This document shows, piece by piece, positions 1 to 12,686 of a stretch of 64,000 bases of DNA (its first letter is position 1; each line of letters opens with the position of its first letter). The stretch comes from Escherichia coli. Lineage in GTDB: Bacteria > Pseudomonadota > Gammaproteobacteria > Enterobacterales > Enterobacteriaceae. The translations under genes were made by a program, and so were the position numbers. The notes beneath the pieces are model-generated. The model ran no database searches, was not told where the DNA came from, and saw only the letters and a program-made list of their open reading frames with translations. The stretch is from the NCBI RefSeq assembly GCF_003334385.1, contig NZ_QOWN01000002.1; one strand, given 5' to 3'.

Positions 1-923
1 CTCAAATGCGAAAGCATCAGCGCACGCGCCAGCCGTTCATCATCCGCTCCGAAGTGTTCTGCTACCACCACCACAGGCATTGTTGCGGTAATCCCCTGGT
101 TACCCGAGCCGGAGTTACTCATAGCCGGAAGCGTAGCGCCGCCCATACGCGCATCGGATGCCGCGCTGGTACGAATCACAATGGATGAAGAGAGATCTTT
201 CGCCAGCAAACCGCGCTCGCACTGTTTTTCCAGCGTCGCGCCAATATGCAGCCCCCACTTACCGCTCAAACCTTCCTGCGATAACGCACAATTTAGCTTC
301 GCGGAATCGAGAATAAAGCGGATCGCCGCAAACGGGACTTCATTGACGAACTTCAGGATCTCAGCCAGCGTCGTTCTGGAAAGCACCGTCAGCGGAGACT
401 CTTGCTCGCCCTCTGCCACACACGCCTGCTGGGTAAACACCACACCATCGTGCGTCTCGATATGCACAATGTTGGTATGCCCGCCGACGATGGTGACACA
501 CGCCCACTTCTCACCGTTCCAGACTTTGGCGCGTGAGAAGAGGATTTCATCGCAAGGTTCCTGGATCTTAACGGAGACTTTCCCCGCCGCCAGCAGTGCT
601 TTGGCATCGGCAATTGCCTGCGCTGTTGCGTCTTTCAGCACTTCCAGCCCGGCGTTGGCATTTCCACCTAACGCCCCCAGCGCCGCCGCAATCGGCAGCC
701 CCACCATTCCCGTGCCGGGAACGGTGACGCCCAGACCGTTCTTCATCAGATTTGGCGAAACCCAGGCTTCTACACGTTCAACCGGACCTTCCAGTTCTGC
801 CGCAGCAACCGCCGCCGCCAGCGCCAGTGAAATCGGTTCAGTACATCCCAGCGCCGGTTTTACTTCCTCCTGAACGGCGAGGATGTAACGCTGCCATAAC
901 GGATTTAAAGTCGAATCAAACAT
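1..923 (-). CDS. cyuA: L-cysteine desulfidase CyuA (YhaM), N-terminal ~307 codons; 3' end lies beyond the window start
   Basis: ATG at 923..921 on the minus strand; the first ~30 codons read by hand ([30 protein letters not shown]...) match YhaM as I recall it. Absent from the ORF track, presumably because no stop lies inside the window; the rest of the frame was not checked base by base. Confidence 0.8.
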   Translation of the reverse strand, partial: MFDSTLNPLWQRYILAVQEEVKPALGCTEPISLALAAAVAAAELEGPVERVEAWVSPNLMKNGLGVTVPGTGMVGLPIAAALGALGGNANAGLEVLKDATAQAIADAKALLAAGKVSVKIQEPCDEILFSRAKVWNGEKWACVTIVGGHTNIVHIETHDGVVFTQQACVAEGEQESPLTVLSRTTLAEILKFVNEVPFAAIRFILDSAKLNCALSQEGLSGKWGLHIGATLEKQCERGLLAKDLSSSIVIRTSAASDARMGGATLPAMSNSGSGNQGITATMPVVVVAEHFGADDERLARALMLSHL

Positions 924-950
924 ATTAAAAACCTTAAAATTTCAGGTAAA

Positions 951-2282
951 TCAAGAAAATGCCAGGAACGGAGAAACACACAGCAACAAACCAGTGACGA
1001 TAATCAGGTACAGAGACATCCCTTTGTATTTGTGCAATGCTGGTACTTTGTAAACCAGCCACGCCGGGATCAGGCACCCTACCATGCCGAAAATCGGGCT
1101 ACAGATAGAGGTGAAGCTCAACACCGGTGCGTTCAGTACGATGGCGCTCCAGGCCAGCAAAATGGCGAAAATCATGATGCCGCGCTGAACGAGATTTTCG
1201 TTAATCTTCTCGGCAGGCATCTTGCGACGCAGGATGTTCATTACGATCCCTTGCGTTGCTTCGCGAAAGCCTAAATAGACGCCAAAGAATGCAGTCATGA
1301 CAGCAAAGATATTGAGAATGACGCTGACCACTTTCACCCACGCTGCGCCGTCACCGCTAATAAACTGTGCGGCAATCGCCAGCGCGGAAATATTCTGCTC
1401 ATAGGCTTTTACCGCTTCGTCATGTCCCATCGCCAGCGTGAACGACACGGCGTAGAAAAAGACGGTGACAAACAAAATGCCAAACGCGATATTCATTGCC
1501 CGCAATGCTTTATGCCGCGCCACTTCAATTGATTTTTCCCGCGAGCGATAAGAGATCACCATCGGACTTAACGTCTGGATAAACAGAATCGACGTCAGGG
1601 TAAACGGCAGCGTAATAATGGCGTTTTTCACCAGCAGCCCCAGCGGCGGTAGCGAACCGACGTTATACAGATGCCACATTCCCACCATCGACACGCCCAG
1701 CGCCGCGACCACCAGCAACTTGGTCAGCACCATGCCGGTCGAAATTTTGAATAACAATTTCTCGCCGCGTGAGGAGATCGCCACCAGAATGCAAATCAGT
1801 ACCAGACCATAAAAGGGACTGTCTGACAGCAACCCTTCCGTCACGCCGAAGGTATGCAGGTAGGAAGCACTATCGTTGGTGATGGCGGTGGAATAGACGA
1901 ACATCCAAATCACCAGCATTACGAAATAGAGCGCACCTAACAGGATGCCCCAGTTTTTACCTAAATAACCGCTAATGACGCTCGGGTAATCTTTACATTC
2001 TGGTGATTCTGCCAGCGTATTAATAAACAATCGCTGAAACAGATACATTGCCGGGTAACCAATCACCGATGAGAGCAAAAATACCCACAATCCCATCAAA
2101 CCGACCTGCACCGGGAGAAAAACAATCCCCGCGCCAATCGCCATCCCGATACTCATAATCACCCAGCCGGTGTCAGTACTGTCGAATTTGATCGCTTCTC
2201 GCCACTCGCTCTCACTCATTCCAGCACGACCCGCCGGGGTCGAAGCGTCTGCAATGACGCCTTTATTCGATGCAATTTCCAT
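951..2282 (-). CDS. cyuP: Cysteine/serine transporter CyuP (YhaO), HAAAP family, 443 aa
   Basis: Track ORF with a multi-helix membrane protein, paralogous to TdcC at 7958..9289; sits immediately upstream of cyuA on the same strand. Confidence 0.85.
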   Translation of the reverse strand: MEIASNKGVIADASTPAGRAGMSESEWREAIKFDSTDTGWVIMSIGMAIGAGIVFLPVQVGLMGLWVFLLSSVIGYPAMYLFQRLFINTLAESPECKDYPSVISGYLGKNWGILLGALYFVMLVIWMFVYSTAITNDSASYLHTFGVTEGLLSDSPFYGLVLICILVAISSRGEKLLFKISTGMVLTKLLVVAALGVSMVGMWHLYNVGSLPPLGLLVKNAIITLPFTLTSILFIQTLSPMVISYRSREKSIEVARHKALRAMNIAFGILFVTVFFYAVSFTLAMGHDEAVKAYEQNISALAIAAQFISGDGAAWVKVVSVILNIFAVMTAFFGVYLGFREATQGIVMNILRRKMPAEKINENLVQRGIMIFAILLAWSAIVLNAPVLSFTSICSPIFGMVGCLIPAWLVYKVPALHKYKGMSLYLIIVTGLLLCVSPFLAFS

Positions 2283-2506
2283 AATTTCTCGCTCAATATT
2301 TTGTAGGGCTTATTATTTTTTTCCGAGCCGCATCAAGGCGATATGCGGTCTACGTTTTTGCAGGCGAGTTATTAGAATAAAGAAATGATACGCGCGAGGT
2401 CAGAGAAAATCTTCACAATCAAGACTTTGAAATAACGGAGATGGATAAGAATTTTCTACTAAATTAATCGCAGGAGAATATTCATTCTCTATTTGCGGCA
2501 GATCAC

Positions 2507-2532
2507 AAAAAAAAGGTGCACATTTGTGCACC
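2507..2532 (-). terminator. Rho-independent terminator after tdcG (end of tdc operon)
   Basis: Perfect palindrome ggtgcaca-tt-tgtgcacc preceded on the plus strand by an A8 run, which is a U-run after the hairpin on the minus-strand transcript. Coordinates approximate. Confidence 0.6.
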
Positions 2533-2556
2533 CAAGGATGAAAGCTGACAGCAATG

Positions 2557-3921
2557 TCAGCCGCAGACCACTTTAATGGCCAGTCCTCCGCGTGATGTTT
2601 CGCGGTATTTATCGTTCATATCTTTGCCGGTTTCATACATCGTCTCGATCACTTTATCGAGTGAAACACGCGGTGCCGAGGTGCGGCGCATCGCCATCCG
2701 CGCGGCGTTTACTGCTTTCACGGCATTAATGGCATTACGTTCAATGCACGGGATTTGTACCTGTCCGGCAACCGGATCGCAGGTCAGCCCAAGGTTATGC
2801 TCCATCGCGATTTCCGCCGCATTGCATACCTGCGCCGGACTGCCGCCCAGTAGTTCAGTTAACCCTGCCGCCGCCATTGAACAGGCCACGCCAATCTCCC
2901 CCTGACAGCCGACTTCCGCGCCAGAGATGGAGGCGTTCATTTTATACAGCGCGCCAATAGCCCCCGCGGCCAGAAAATAGCGGGCAATTGACCGCTCGTT
3001 TACCGGACGACGGAACTTATCGTAATAAGCCAGTACTGCCGGAATAATGCCGCACGCACCGTTAGTCGGTGCCGTTACCACGCGCCCGCCAGCTGCGTTT
3101 TCTTCACTAACCGCCAGCGCGTACATGTTGATCCAGTCGATGACATTCATCGGATCGTTAGAGATGTTATCGCTGGAAACCAGCTGACGACGCAGCGCTA
3201 CGGCACGGCGCGGCACATTGAGCGGACCAGGCAGCACGCCTTCAGTGTTCATCCCACGTTCAATACCGTCATGCATCACTTGCCAGATACGGGCAAAACC
3301 GGCGTCAATTTCCGCTTTGCTGCGCAGCGCTAGCTCGTTGTGCATCATCAGACCAGATATAGACAGGCCGTTGTAATCACACATTTTCAGCAGTTCACCT
3401 GCTGAGTGGAAATCGTAAGGTACGGACGTTTCGACATCGTGCGACAGGCCGAAGTGTTCTTCTTCGACAATAAACCCGCCGCCGACAGAGTAATAGGTTT
3501 TACTTAATAGCTCTTCCTGTCCCTTCCAGGCAGTGATCCGCATTCCGTTCTCATGGCGAGGCAACATTTCGGGATGGAAGATAATGTTCTTTGCTACAGG
3601 AAAATCAACAATATGCGCACCAGATGCCACTGGCAGCCGCCCGCTGCGCGTTACTAACTCTATAAATGCAGGGATCTCATCAATGACAACATCCTGCGGA
3701 CTGTTTCCTGCCAGTCCCATGATGATGGCGACATCCGTGGCATGGCCTTTGCCCGTCAGTGACAACGACCCGTACAGATCGACCACAATATGGCTCGTCG
3801 CGGTTAATAAGCCGCTACTTTCCAGCCGATCAATAAAACTTTTTCCGGCATTCATTGGCCCCACGGTATGCGAACTGGAGGGACCAATCCCAATTTTGAA
3901 AATATCGAATGCACTAATCAT
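2557..3921 (-). CDS. tdcG: L-serine dehydratase TdcG, 454 aa
   Basis: Track ORF 2557..3927; start set at the second in-frame ATG to give [23 protein letters not shown], the Fe-S L-serine dehydratase N-terminus. Confidence 0.9.
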   Translation of the reverse strand: MISAFDIFKIGIGPSSSHTVGPMNAGKSFIDRLESSGLLTATSHIVVDLYGSLSLTGKGHATDVAIIMGLAGNSPQDVVIDEIPAFIELVTRSGRLPVASGAHIVDFPVAKNIIFHPEMLPRHENGMRITAWKGQEELLSKTYYSVGGGFIVEEEHFGLSHDVETSVPYDFHSAGELLKMCDYNGLSISGLMMHNELALRSKAEIDAGFARIWQVMHDGIERGMNTEGVLPGPLNVPRRAVALRRQLVSSDNISNDPMNVIDWINMYALAVSEENAAGGRVVTAPTNGACGIIPAVLAYYDKFRRPVNERSIARYFLAAGAIGALYKMNASISGAEVGCQGEIGVACSMAAAGLTELLGGSPAQVCNAAEIAMEHNLGLTCDPVAGQVQIPCIERNAINAVKAVNAARMAMRRTSAPRVSLDKVIETMYETGKDMNDKYRETSRGGLAIKVVCG

Positions 3922-3992
3922 ATCCACACCCTCGGATTGCCGTTCAGTGAAGTGGAGCGGAACGACCTTACGACCGTCCCGCTCACGAGGCT

Positions 3993-4382
3993 TTACGCAC
4001 TACGTACTGCGATGGCTTCAATTTCCAGCTTCACATCTTTCGGCAAACGCGCGACCTGCACACAGCTCCGGGTCGGATAGGTCGCCTGATGCTCATCGAA
4101 GAACTGCTTATAGACTTCGTTGATGGTGGCAAAATCATTCAGATCGGTGATAAACACGGTCATCTTGATGATATCGCCCACGCTCAGCCCGGCAGCAACC
4201 ACGATCGCTTTGACGTTTTCGAGGCTTAAACGCGCCTGATCTTGCACATCAGCCGGGATCTCACCGGTCTGTGGGCAAACCGGTATTTGCCCGGAGGTGA
4301 AGACCATGCTGCCTAAATCAACGCCCTGAACATAAGGGCCGATTGCGCCTGGGGCACGTTGCGTTTCGATAATCTTTTTCAT
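3993..4382 (-). CDS. tdcF: RidA-family enamine/imine deaminase TdcF, 129 aa
   Basis: Track ORF 3993..4445 is N-terminally over-extended; start set at internal ATG giving MKKIIETQRAPGAIGPY (YjgF/RidA fold). Confidence 0.9.
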   Translation of the reverse strand: MKKIIETQRAPGAIGPYVQGVDLGSMVFTSGQIPVCPQTGEIPADVQDQARLSLENVKAIVVAAGLSVGDIIKMTVFITDLNDFATINEVYKQFFDEHQATYPTRSCVQVARLPKDVKLEIEAIAVRSA

Positions 4383-4395
4383 ACATCCTCCGGCG

Positions 4396-6690
4396 TCAGA
4401 GCGCCTGGGTAAAGGTACGTGAAATAACATCCTGTTGCTGTTCACGGGTCAGTGCGTTGAAGCGCACGGCGTAGCCAGAGACACGGATTGTCAGGTTAGG
4501 ATATTTTTCCGGGTGCTCGATGGCATCCAGCAGCATTTCCCGATTCATTACGTTGACGTTGAGGTGTTGACCGCCTTCGACATCCGCTTCGTGGTGGAAA
4601 TACCCATCCAGCAGGCCGACAAGGTTGGTTTTACGTACTGGATCTTCTTTGCCCAGCGCCGCAGGAACGATTGAGAAGGTGTACGAGATCCCATCTTTGG
4701 CGTAGGTGAACGGCAGTTTCGCCACCGACGTCAATGAGGCCACGGCACCTTTGCGGTCACGACCATGCATCGGGTTAGCGCCCGGCGCGAACGGTGTTCC
4801 GGCGCGACGACCGTCCGGCGTATTACCGGTTTTCTGGCCGTACACCACGTTAGAAGTGATAGTCAGAATCGACTGGGTAGGGACGGCGTTGCGATAGGTT
4901 GGCAGCGCTTTAATTTTCTTCATAAAGCGTTCAACCAGGTCGCAGGCAATGCTGTCTACGCGCTCGTCGTTGTTGCCGTACTGCGGATATTCACCGTCGA
5001 TTTCAAAGTCCACCACCAGGCCGTTTTCGTCACGGATTGGTTTCACGCGGGCATATTTGATGGCAGACAGGGAGTCCGTCGCCACCGACAGGCCCGCGAT
5101 GCCGCATGCCATAGTGCGATAGACATCACGATCGTGCAGCGCCATCAGCGAAGCTTCGTAGCTGTACTTGTCGTGCATGTAGTGAATGATATTCAGCGCG
5201 CTGATGTACTGCACCGCCAGCCAGTCCATGAAGTGATCGAGGCTGTCCATCACTTTGTCGTAATCCAGCACGTCGTCCATCAGCGGTGCTGTTTTCGGCC
5301 CGACCTGAATCTTCAGCTTCTCGTCCACCCCGCCGTTAATTGCGTAGAGCAGCGTTTTCGCCAGGTTAGCGCGTGCACCAAAGAACTGCATTTGCTTACC
5401 AATCACCATTGGGCTGACGCAGCAGGCAATCGCGTAATCGTCGCTGTTGAAGTCAGTACGCATCAGATCGTCATTTTCATACTGCAAGGAAGAGGTGACG
5501 ATCGACACCTGCGCGGCATATTTTTTGAAGGCAATCGGTAATTCTTCCGACCAAAGAATGGTCAGGTTAGGTTCCGGTGCCGGCCCCATAGTGTGCAGGG
5601 TGTGCAAATAGCGGAAGGAGTTTTTGGTCACCAGCGTACGACCGTCCAGCCCCATCCCGCCGATCACTTCCGTCGCCCAGATTGGGTCGCCGGAGAACAG
5701 CGAATCAAATTCCGGTGTACGCAGGAAGCGTACCATACGGATCTTCATGATGAAGTGATCGATCAGTTCCTGTGCCTGCTGCTCATTGAGTACGCCAGCT
5801 TTAAAGTCGCGCTCAATGTAGATATCGAGGAACGATGCCGTGCGGCCCAGCGACATCGCGCCGCCATTTTGCGATTTCACTGCCGCCAGATAAGCGAAGT
5901 AGAGCCACTGCACCGCTTCCTGCGCATTCTGCGCCGGGCGAGAGATATCAAAGCCATATTTCGCCGCCATTTCCTGAATCTGCAACAGCGCATGACGATG
6001 CTCTGCCAGCTCCTCACGCAGACGGATGGTGGCTTCCAGATCCTCGCCTTTTTCCAGACGAGACTGGAGATCGGCAAATTGCAGTTCGCGTTCACGTACC
6101 AGATAACTGATGCCATACAGCGCTACGCGGCGATAGTCACCGATAATGCGCCCACGGCCATAGCCATCTGGTAAACCGGTCAGCACGCCAGATTTACGGC
6201 AGCGCAGCATATCCGGTGAGTAAACATCAAATACGCCCTGGTTATGGGTTTTACGCAGATCGGTAAACAGATATTCAAATTCACTGTCCATTTCTCGGCC
6301 ATAGGCGTGGAATGAACTTTTAATCATATTAATGCCACCGAACGGGTGTAGCGCACGTTTCAACGGCGCATCCGTTTGCAGGCCAACAATTTTTTCCAGC
6401 GGCTGGTTAATATATCCCGCATCATGAGCGGTAATTGTGGTGGCAATATTGGTATCGAAATCAACCGGCGCGTGGGTTGCATTTTCGATACGGATGCCTT
6501 CCATTACTTTTTCCCACAATTCCGTGGTGGCAGGCGTCGCTTCGGCGAGGAAAGATTCATCGCCTTCATACGGTGTATAGTTATGTTGAATAAAATCGCG
6601 GACATTAATTTCGTTTTTCCAGTCCGTACCTTTAAAGCCAAGCCATGCGTCGGCGTACAGCTTATCGCTGGTATCAATATCTACCTTCAT
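4396..6690 (-). CDS. tdcE: 2-ketobutyrate/pyruvate formate-lyase TdcE (glycyl radical enzyme), 764 aa
   Basis: Track ORF; C-terminal glycyl-radical motif RVSGYAV and PFL-like sequence throughout. Confidence 0.93.
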   Translation of the reverse strand: MKVDIDTSDKLYADAWLGFKGTDWKNEINVRDFIQHNYTPYEGDESFLAEATPATTELWEKVMEGIRIENATHAPVDFDTNIATTITAHDAGYINQPLEKIVGLQTDAPLKRALHPFGGINMIKSSFHAYGREMDSEFEYLFTDLRKTHNQGVFDVYSPDMLRCRKSGVLTGLPDGYGRGRIIGDYRRVALYGISYLVRERELQFADLQSRLEKGEDLEATIRLREELAEHRHALLQIQEMAAKYGFDISRPAQNAQEAVQWLYFAYLAAVKSQNGGAMSLGRTASFLDIYIERDFKAGVLNEQQAQELIDHFIMKIRMVRFLRTPEFDSLFSGDPIWATEVIGGMGLDGRTLVTKNSFRYLHTLHTMGPAPEPNLTILWSEELPIAFKKYAAQVSIVTSSLQYENDDLMRTDFNSDDYAIACCVSPMVIGKQMQFFGARANLAKTLLYAINGGVDEKLKIQVGPKTAPLMDDVLDYDKVMDSLDHFMDWLAVQYISALNIIHYMHDKYSYEASLMALHDRDVYRTMACGIAGLSVATDSLSAIKYARVKPIRDENGLVVDFEIDGEYPQYGNNDERVDSIACDLVERFMKKIKALPTYRNAVPTQSILTITSNVVYGQKTGNTPDGRRAGTPFAPGANPMHGRDRKGAVASLTSVAKLPFTYAKDGISYTFSIVPAALGKEDPVRKTNLVGLLDGYFHHEADVEGGQHLNVNVMNREMLLDAIEHPEKYPNLTIRVSGYAVRFNALTREQQQDVISRTFTQAL

Positions 6691-6723
6691 GAAAAATAAT
6701 CTCTCTACAATACTTCAACTAAA

Positions 6724-7932
6724 TTATGCAAATTCTGCGGGCGCGTTAACTTTGCCTAAATGAATGGCATCCAAAGCAATCATTTTTTCTTCGTTAGTCG
6801 GAATAACGGCACAAATGACACGCGCATTTTCACTGGAAACAATTCGCTCACCACAGGAGTTAGAGCGATTATTCATTTCTGTATCAATCTCTAAGCCTAA
6901 TACAGCCAAATGTTCCATGACCAGACGACGAATTAAGCTTGAATTCTCTCCTATTCCGCCGGTGAATATAATTCCATCCAGGCGACGTAATGAAGCTGCG
7001 TGTCCGGCAATATGACGGGCAATTCGGTGAACAAAGGTTTTAATTGCCAGTTGCGCGCGTTCGTGACCTTCATGCCAGGCTTTTTCCAGAACACGTAAAT
7101 CCGAAGAAAGACCGGAAATACCTAATAATCCCGACTCTTTATTCACTACGCGTTCCAGGTCACCCAGGCTCTGGTTGGTTTGGCTGGCGACCCAGGACAT
7201 CGCACCAAAGTCGACATCGCCACTGCGGGTACCCATCATCAAGCCTTCCAGCGGCGTCATTCCCATTGAGGTATCAACACTCTGACCGTTGCGAACCGCG
7301 CAGATTGACGCGCCATTGCCAAGATGCGCCACAACCAGGCCGGAGTCATCTTCCGCCAGATTCAGCAGCGAATGTGCGCGCTGGGAAACATAGCGGTGCG
7401 ACGTGCCGTGGAAACCATAACGGCGTACACCTAACTCTTCATAATATTTCCACGGCAGGCCGTATAAATAAGCTTCCGGAGCCATCGTCTGGTGGAAACT
7501 GGTATCAAATACCGCCACCTGAGTTACGCCCGGAAATAATTGCTGCGCCGATTCAATACCACTTAAATTGGCGTAATTATGCAGGGGTGCCAGTGGAGAA
7601 ACGCGACGGATATTATCAATGACTTCATCGGTAATAATGGCGGACTCGGTAAAAATACTGCCGCCGTGAGCGATGCGGTGGCCAATTAAGGCCACACTGT
7701 CATTTAAATTCCGTTTTTCCAGTTCAAATGCAATTGCCTTCAATGCACCTTCGTAGCTGTGGTGAGCCAGCGGTGCTGGCTCTCCCCCATTTACGGATAA
7801 GAATGCATTTTCCGAGTTAATACCGTCGGCAATACCTGACATTAATACTTCACAGTCGCTGGCATCGAGCACGGAAAACTTAATCGAAGACGAACCACAG
7901 TTAATAACCAAAACAACCGGAAATTCATTCAT
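6724..7932 (-). CDS. tdcD: Propionate/acetate kinase TdcD, 402 aa
   Basis: Track ORF 6724..7944; start moved to internal ATG giving [19 protein letters not shown] (acetokinase family). Confidence 0.9.
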
Positions 7933-7957
7933 CTCTTTTCTCATCCTGAGTTACGGA

Positions 7958-9292
<1,335 letters not shown>

Positions 9293-9310
9293 CTATCCTC
9301 AACGAATTAA

Positions 9311-10300
9311 TTAAGCGTCAACGAAACCGGTGATTTGAGAGACGCGAGAAAGATCGATATTGCCGCCGGAAATAATACTGACGGTTTTTCTGTTTTGAAT
9401 ATATTGGTCTAATTTACCGCTTAATAATGCAGCACATGCCAGAGCGCCTGCGCCTTCGGTGACGACTTTATTGCGCTGAATTAAGGCAATCATACTGTTT
9501 CTGATTTCGTCTTCGCTGACCAGCACGATGTCATCGACTAATTCACGAACGATTTCGTAAGTTAAATTACCCGGGCGGGAGACATCACAACCATCCGCCA
9601 GGGTGCCGGTAGTTCGGTGCGTGGTTATTTCTCCGGAGTGGAAAGAAGCCGCCATGCCGTGAACGTTTTCAGACTGTACGCCAATAACACGAATGGTCGG
9701 GTTAATAGATTTAATTGCCACCGCAATACCAGCAATTAAACCGCCACCACCAATTGGCACAATCACGTTATCGACATCATAGAGATCTTCCATAATTTCC
9801 AGACCAATCGTTCCCTGGCCAGCAATCACTTTCGGATCATCGTAAGGTGGGATAAAAATACGGCCTTCCATTTCGACAATTTCGCTCACTTTAGCGATAG
9901 TGTCGTTGAAGTTATCACCATGCAGAACGACTTCTGCGGAGTAGTCGCACGTTGCCGCTACTTTGGATTTTGGCGCACCTTTTGGCATCACCACTTTACC
10001 GTCGATACCCAGCATCGCGCAGGAGAGGGAAACCCCTTGCGCATGGTTGCCCGCAGAACAGGCCACCACGCCTTTGCGTTTTTCCGCATCGGTCAGTGAA
10101 CTTAATTTATTAAATGCGCCACGAATTTTAAATGAACCCGTACGCTGCATATTTTCAAACTTCAGGAATATTTCACCTTTGCAACGTTCACTAAAATAGT
10201 TGGAGCGAGGCATGCCTGTTTTATAAATTCGCCCAGCCAGTCGTTGTTTCGCTTCAATAATGTCATCAATAGCAACCGGCAGATCGTATGTAATATGCAT
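9311..10300 (-). CDS. tdcB: Catabolic threonine dehydratase TdcB (PLP-dependent), 329 aa
   Basis: Track ORF; PLP lysine motif SFKIRGA near the N-terminus. Confidence 0.93.
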
Positions 10301-10398
10301 TATAAAACCTCTTCGCCTGAATTAAATATGTAGGTAACCGTAACCGACACCTGCAAGACAGACAGGTGGATTATTTATGTTTAAATAAAAACAAATAA

Positions 10399-11337
10399 CT
10401 AACCAACTTCTATTAATTGCCTTCGTCTACACCCATTATAAGATGAATACTCTTTGGCTAATTCCACCAAAACCGATGCTGCTTTTTTAATACGATAATT
10501 TTTCGACCATACCGCGGCATATTGTGCCACAGGTAATGTTTCTTCAACCGGAATAGTAATAAATTGATTAGAACCAAAAGGTGACGTCATATCACAAGGA
10601 ATTACAGTTAAGAAATCAGCATTGAGAACAAGATTATAAATTGTCACGACTGAGTCGGTTTTAACGATGTTTTCAATACTGATGCCATTTCTTTGTAACG
10701 TAGTAAGCAGTTCGCTGTAGTACCCCATATTAGTTTGTGGCAACACCCACTGTTCGTTCTTCAACGACTCCAGCGTGGTGGTGCCGGTGCATGTTCGGGA
10801 CTTACTGGCTACCAGCACAAACTCGGACTCGAACAGCGGCTCAACATGTAAATCCTGAAGCTTCATTTCTGCACTTAACGTACCAATCGCAAAATCCAGT
10901 CGACCGTCGCGGATTGCCGGTAAGAACGAAGACAGTTGCGCTTCATACATAGAAACCTGCGCTTTCGGGAACACCTCTTTGAACTTGTTGATCATCCCTG
11001 ACATAAAAGTAAAACCAATCAATGAAGGAAAACCAAATGAGACTTCCACCACCGCCTCAGAAGACATACCGCTTATCTCATTAACCATATTTTTCATTTC
11101 ACGGGTAATGGATTCGGAACGGGAGAGTAACAATTGACCGGCAGGTGTTAATGTTACACCGGTATTTTTCCGCACCACTAATTCCACACCAAAATAATCT
11201 TCAATATCGTTAATGATTTTACTGACGGCCGGTTGAGTTAACCCTAATTCTTTTGCAGCCGAGCCGATAGAACCACTTCTAATGACTTCCTGAAAGACTA
11301 CCAGGTGCTGCGTTTTCGGAAGAAGAATAGTGCTCAT
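10399..11337 (-). CDS. tdcA: LysR-type transcriptional activator TdcA, 312 aa
   Basis: Track ORF; N-terminal LysR helix-turn-helix and first gene of the tdc operon. Confidence 0.92.
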   Translation of the reverse strand: MSTILLPKTQHLVVFQEVIRSGSIGSAAKELGLTQPAVSKIINDIEDYFGVELVVRKNTGVTLTPAGQLLLSRSESITREMKNMVNEISGMSSEAVVEVSFGFPSLIGFTFMSGMINKFKEVFPKAQVSMYEAQLSSFLPAIRDGRLDFAIGTLSAEMKLQDLHVEPLFESEFVLVASKSRTCTGTTTLESLKNEQWVLPQTNMGYYSELLTTLQRNGISIENIVKTDSVVTIYNLVLNADFLTVIPCDMTSPFGSNQFITIPVEETLPVAQYAAVWSKNYRIKKAASVLVELAKEYSSYNGCRRRQLIEVG

Positions 11338-11400
11338 AACGACCTACGTTAATTACCTCATTGACGGCATGAAGTGTATCAAAATGAAATGAACAGGATA

Positions 11401-11416
11401 TGTGCGACCACTCACA
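11401..11416. promoter_or_regulatory. CRP-binding site upstream of tdcA (tdc promoter)
   Basis: tgtgcgaccactcaca matches the CRP consensus TGTGA-N6-TCACA at 9 of 10 half-site positions; lies about 65 bp upstream of the tdcA start in the tdcA/tdcR divergent region. Confidence 0.6.
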
Positions 11417-11651
11417 AATTAACTTTCAATACTTTCCAGAGTATCGTTGTTACAATTAAATACCTTTAAATATCAACAAGTTAAAGTATAAAAATCAGCA
11501 TAAACCCTGATTTTTGTCAAAAAAAATGACGGGGATAACCATATTTTATGGCGATAACATCATTCGTTATGTGGTTAATACAAAAAAGGGGCTGAGACCA
11601 TATTTCAAGCAATTACCGGATAATTACCAAGCAAAATTTGAGTTAAATTTA

Positions 11652-11870
11652 ATGAGCAAGTTCTCAAATTTTATTATAAATAAACCATTTTCAGTGATAA
11701 ATAATGCGGCATGTCACATTTTTTCACGCTATTTGTTGGAGAACAAACATTTATTTTATCAATATTTTAAAATTTCGAATACATTTATTGATCATCTCGA
11801 ACAATTGATTAACGTCAACTTTTTCTCTTCTGACAGGACGTCATTTTGTGAATGCAATCGTTTTCCATAA
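11652..11870 (+). CDS. tdcR: Small putative tdc operon activator TdcR, 72 aa
   Basis: Track ORF 11514..11870 (118 aa); the annotated TdcR as I recall it corresponds to the C-terminal 72 codons from MSKFSNFIINKPF. Start choice is uncertain. Confidence 0.6.
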   Translation: MSKFSNFIINKPFSVINNAACHIFSRYLLENKHLFYQYFKISNTFIDHLEQLINVNFFSSDRTSFCECNRFP

Positions 11871-12095
11871 ATTCTTCTCCCCTCATAGGCGACGAATAGC
11901 ATTTTGTGTTGAGGATCACAAAACGAATAATTGCTGATCGCCGCGATAAGGTCAGACAAAGACAACAAGGGAAATTTTCACAGAGCTTTTGATCGGCGTA
12001 GGCCACAGAATGTTGCTTCGTTTACTGTAACGCCGGGTAAATGAGCGTTTTTTGATAGTGCGAAAGAACCCTGCGAGGAAAATAAGCATCTATTA

Positions 12096-12665
12096 TTGTT
12101 TGTCATGATGACAAGGCAGGCATCAATGAAAGGCTTCCCAATTGCGCATATTTTTCACCCTTCAATCCCGCCAATGCACGCAGTGGTTAACAATCACAAT
12201 AGAAATATTGATTATTGGACGGTAAAAAGAAAGTTTGCAGAAATTGTCTCCACCAATGACGTTAATAAAATTTACAGTATAAGTAATGAACTGCGGAGAG
12301 TATTATCTGCAATAACTGCATTGAATTTCTATCATGGCGATGTTCCTTCTGTCATGATCCGAATCCAACCGGAAAATATGAGTCCATTCATTATAGATAT
12401 TTCTACAGGAGAACATGATGATTATATCATACAAACATTAGATGTAGGCACTTTTGCACCTTTTGGTGAACAATGTACTTGCTCAGCCGTCAATAAAAAA
12501 GAGCTGGAATGTATTAAGGAGACGATTTCTAAGTATTGTGCAAAATTCACCCGAAAAGAAGCCATCTTAACCCCCCTTGTGCACTTTAATAAAACCAGCA
12601 TTACTTCAGATTGTTGGCAAATTCTCTTTTTTTCACCCGATCATTTTAATAATGATTTTTATTGA
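12096..12665 (+). CDS. yhaB: Uncharacterized protein YhaB, 189-aa ORF
   Basis: Track ORF in an AT-rich segment; no recognisable domain. Position between tdcR and yhaC matches K-12 yhaB. Confidence 0.7.
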   Translation: MFVMMTRQASMKGFPIAHIFHPSIPPMHAVVNNHNRNIDYWTVKRKFAEIVSTNDVNKIYSISNELRRVLSAITALNFYHGDVPSVMIRIQPENMSPFIIDISTGEHDDYIIQTLDVGTFAPFGEQCTCSAVNKKELECIKETISKYCAKFTRKEAILTPLVHFNKTSITSDCWQILFFSPDHFNNDFY

Positions 12666-12686
12666 TTATTTATAAAGGATAAAATA

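Noticed and set aside
181-873. 230-aa plus-strand ORF at the window start
   Set aside because: Antisense to cyuA (yhaM), whose minus-strand frame matches the recalled YhaM N-terminus over the first ~30 codons.
4765-5541. 258-aa plus-strand ORF, and 5593..6174, inside tdcE
   Set aside because: Antisense to the glycyl-radical enzyme gene; His/Val/Arg-rich shadow frames.
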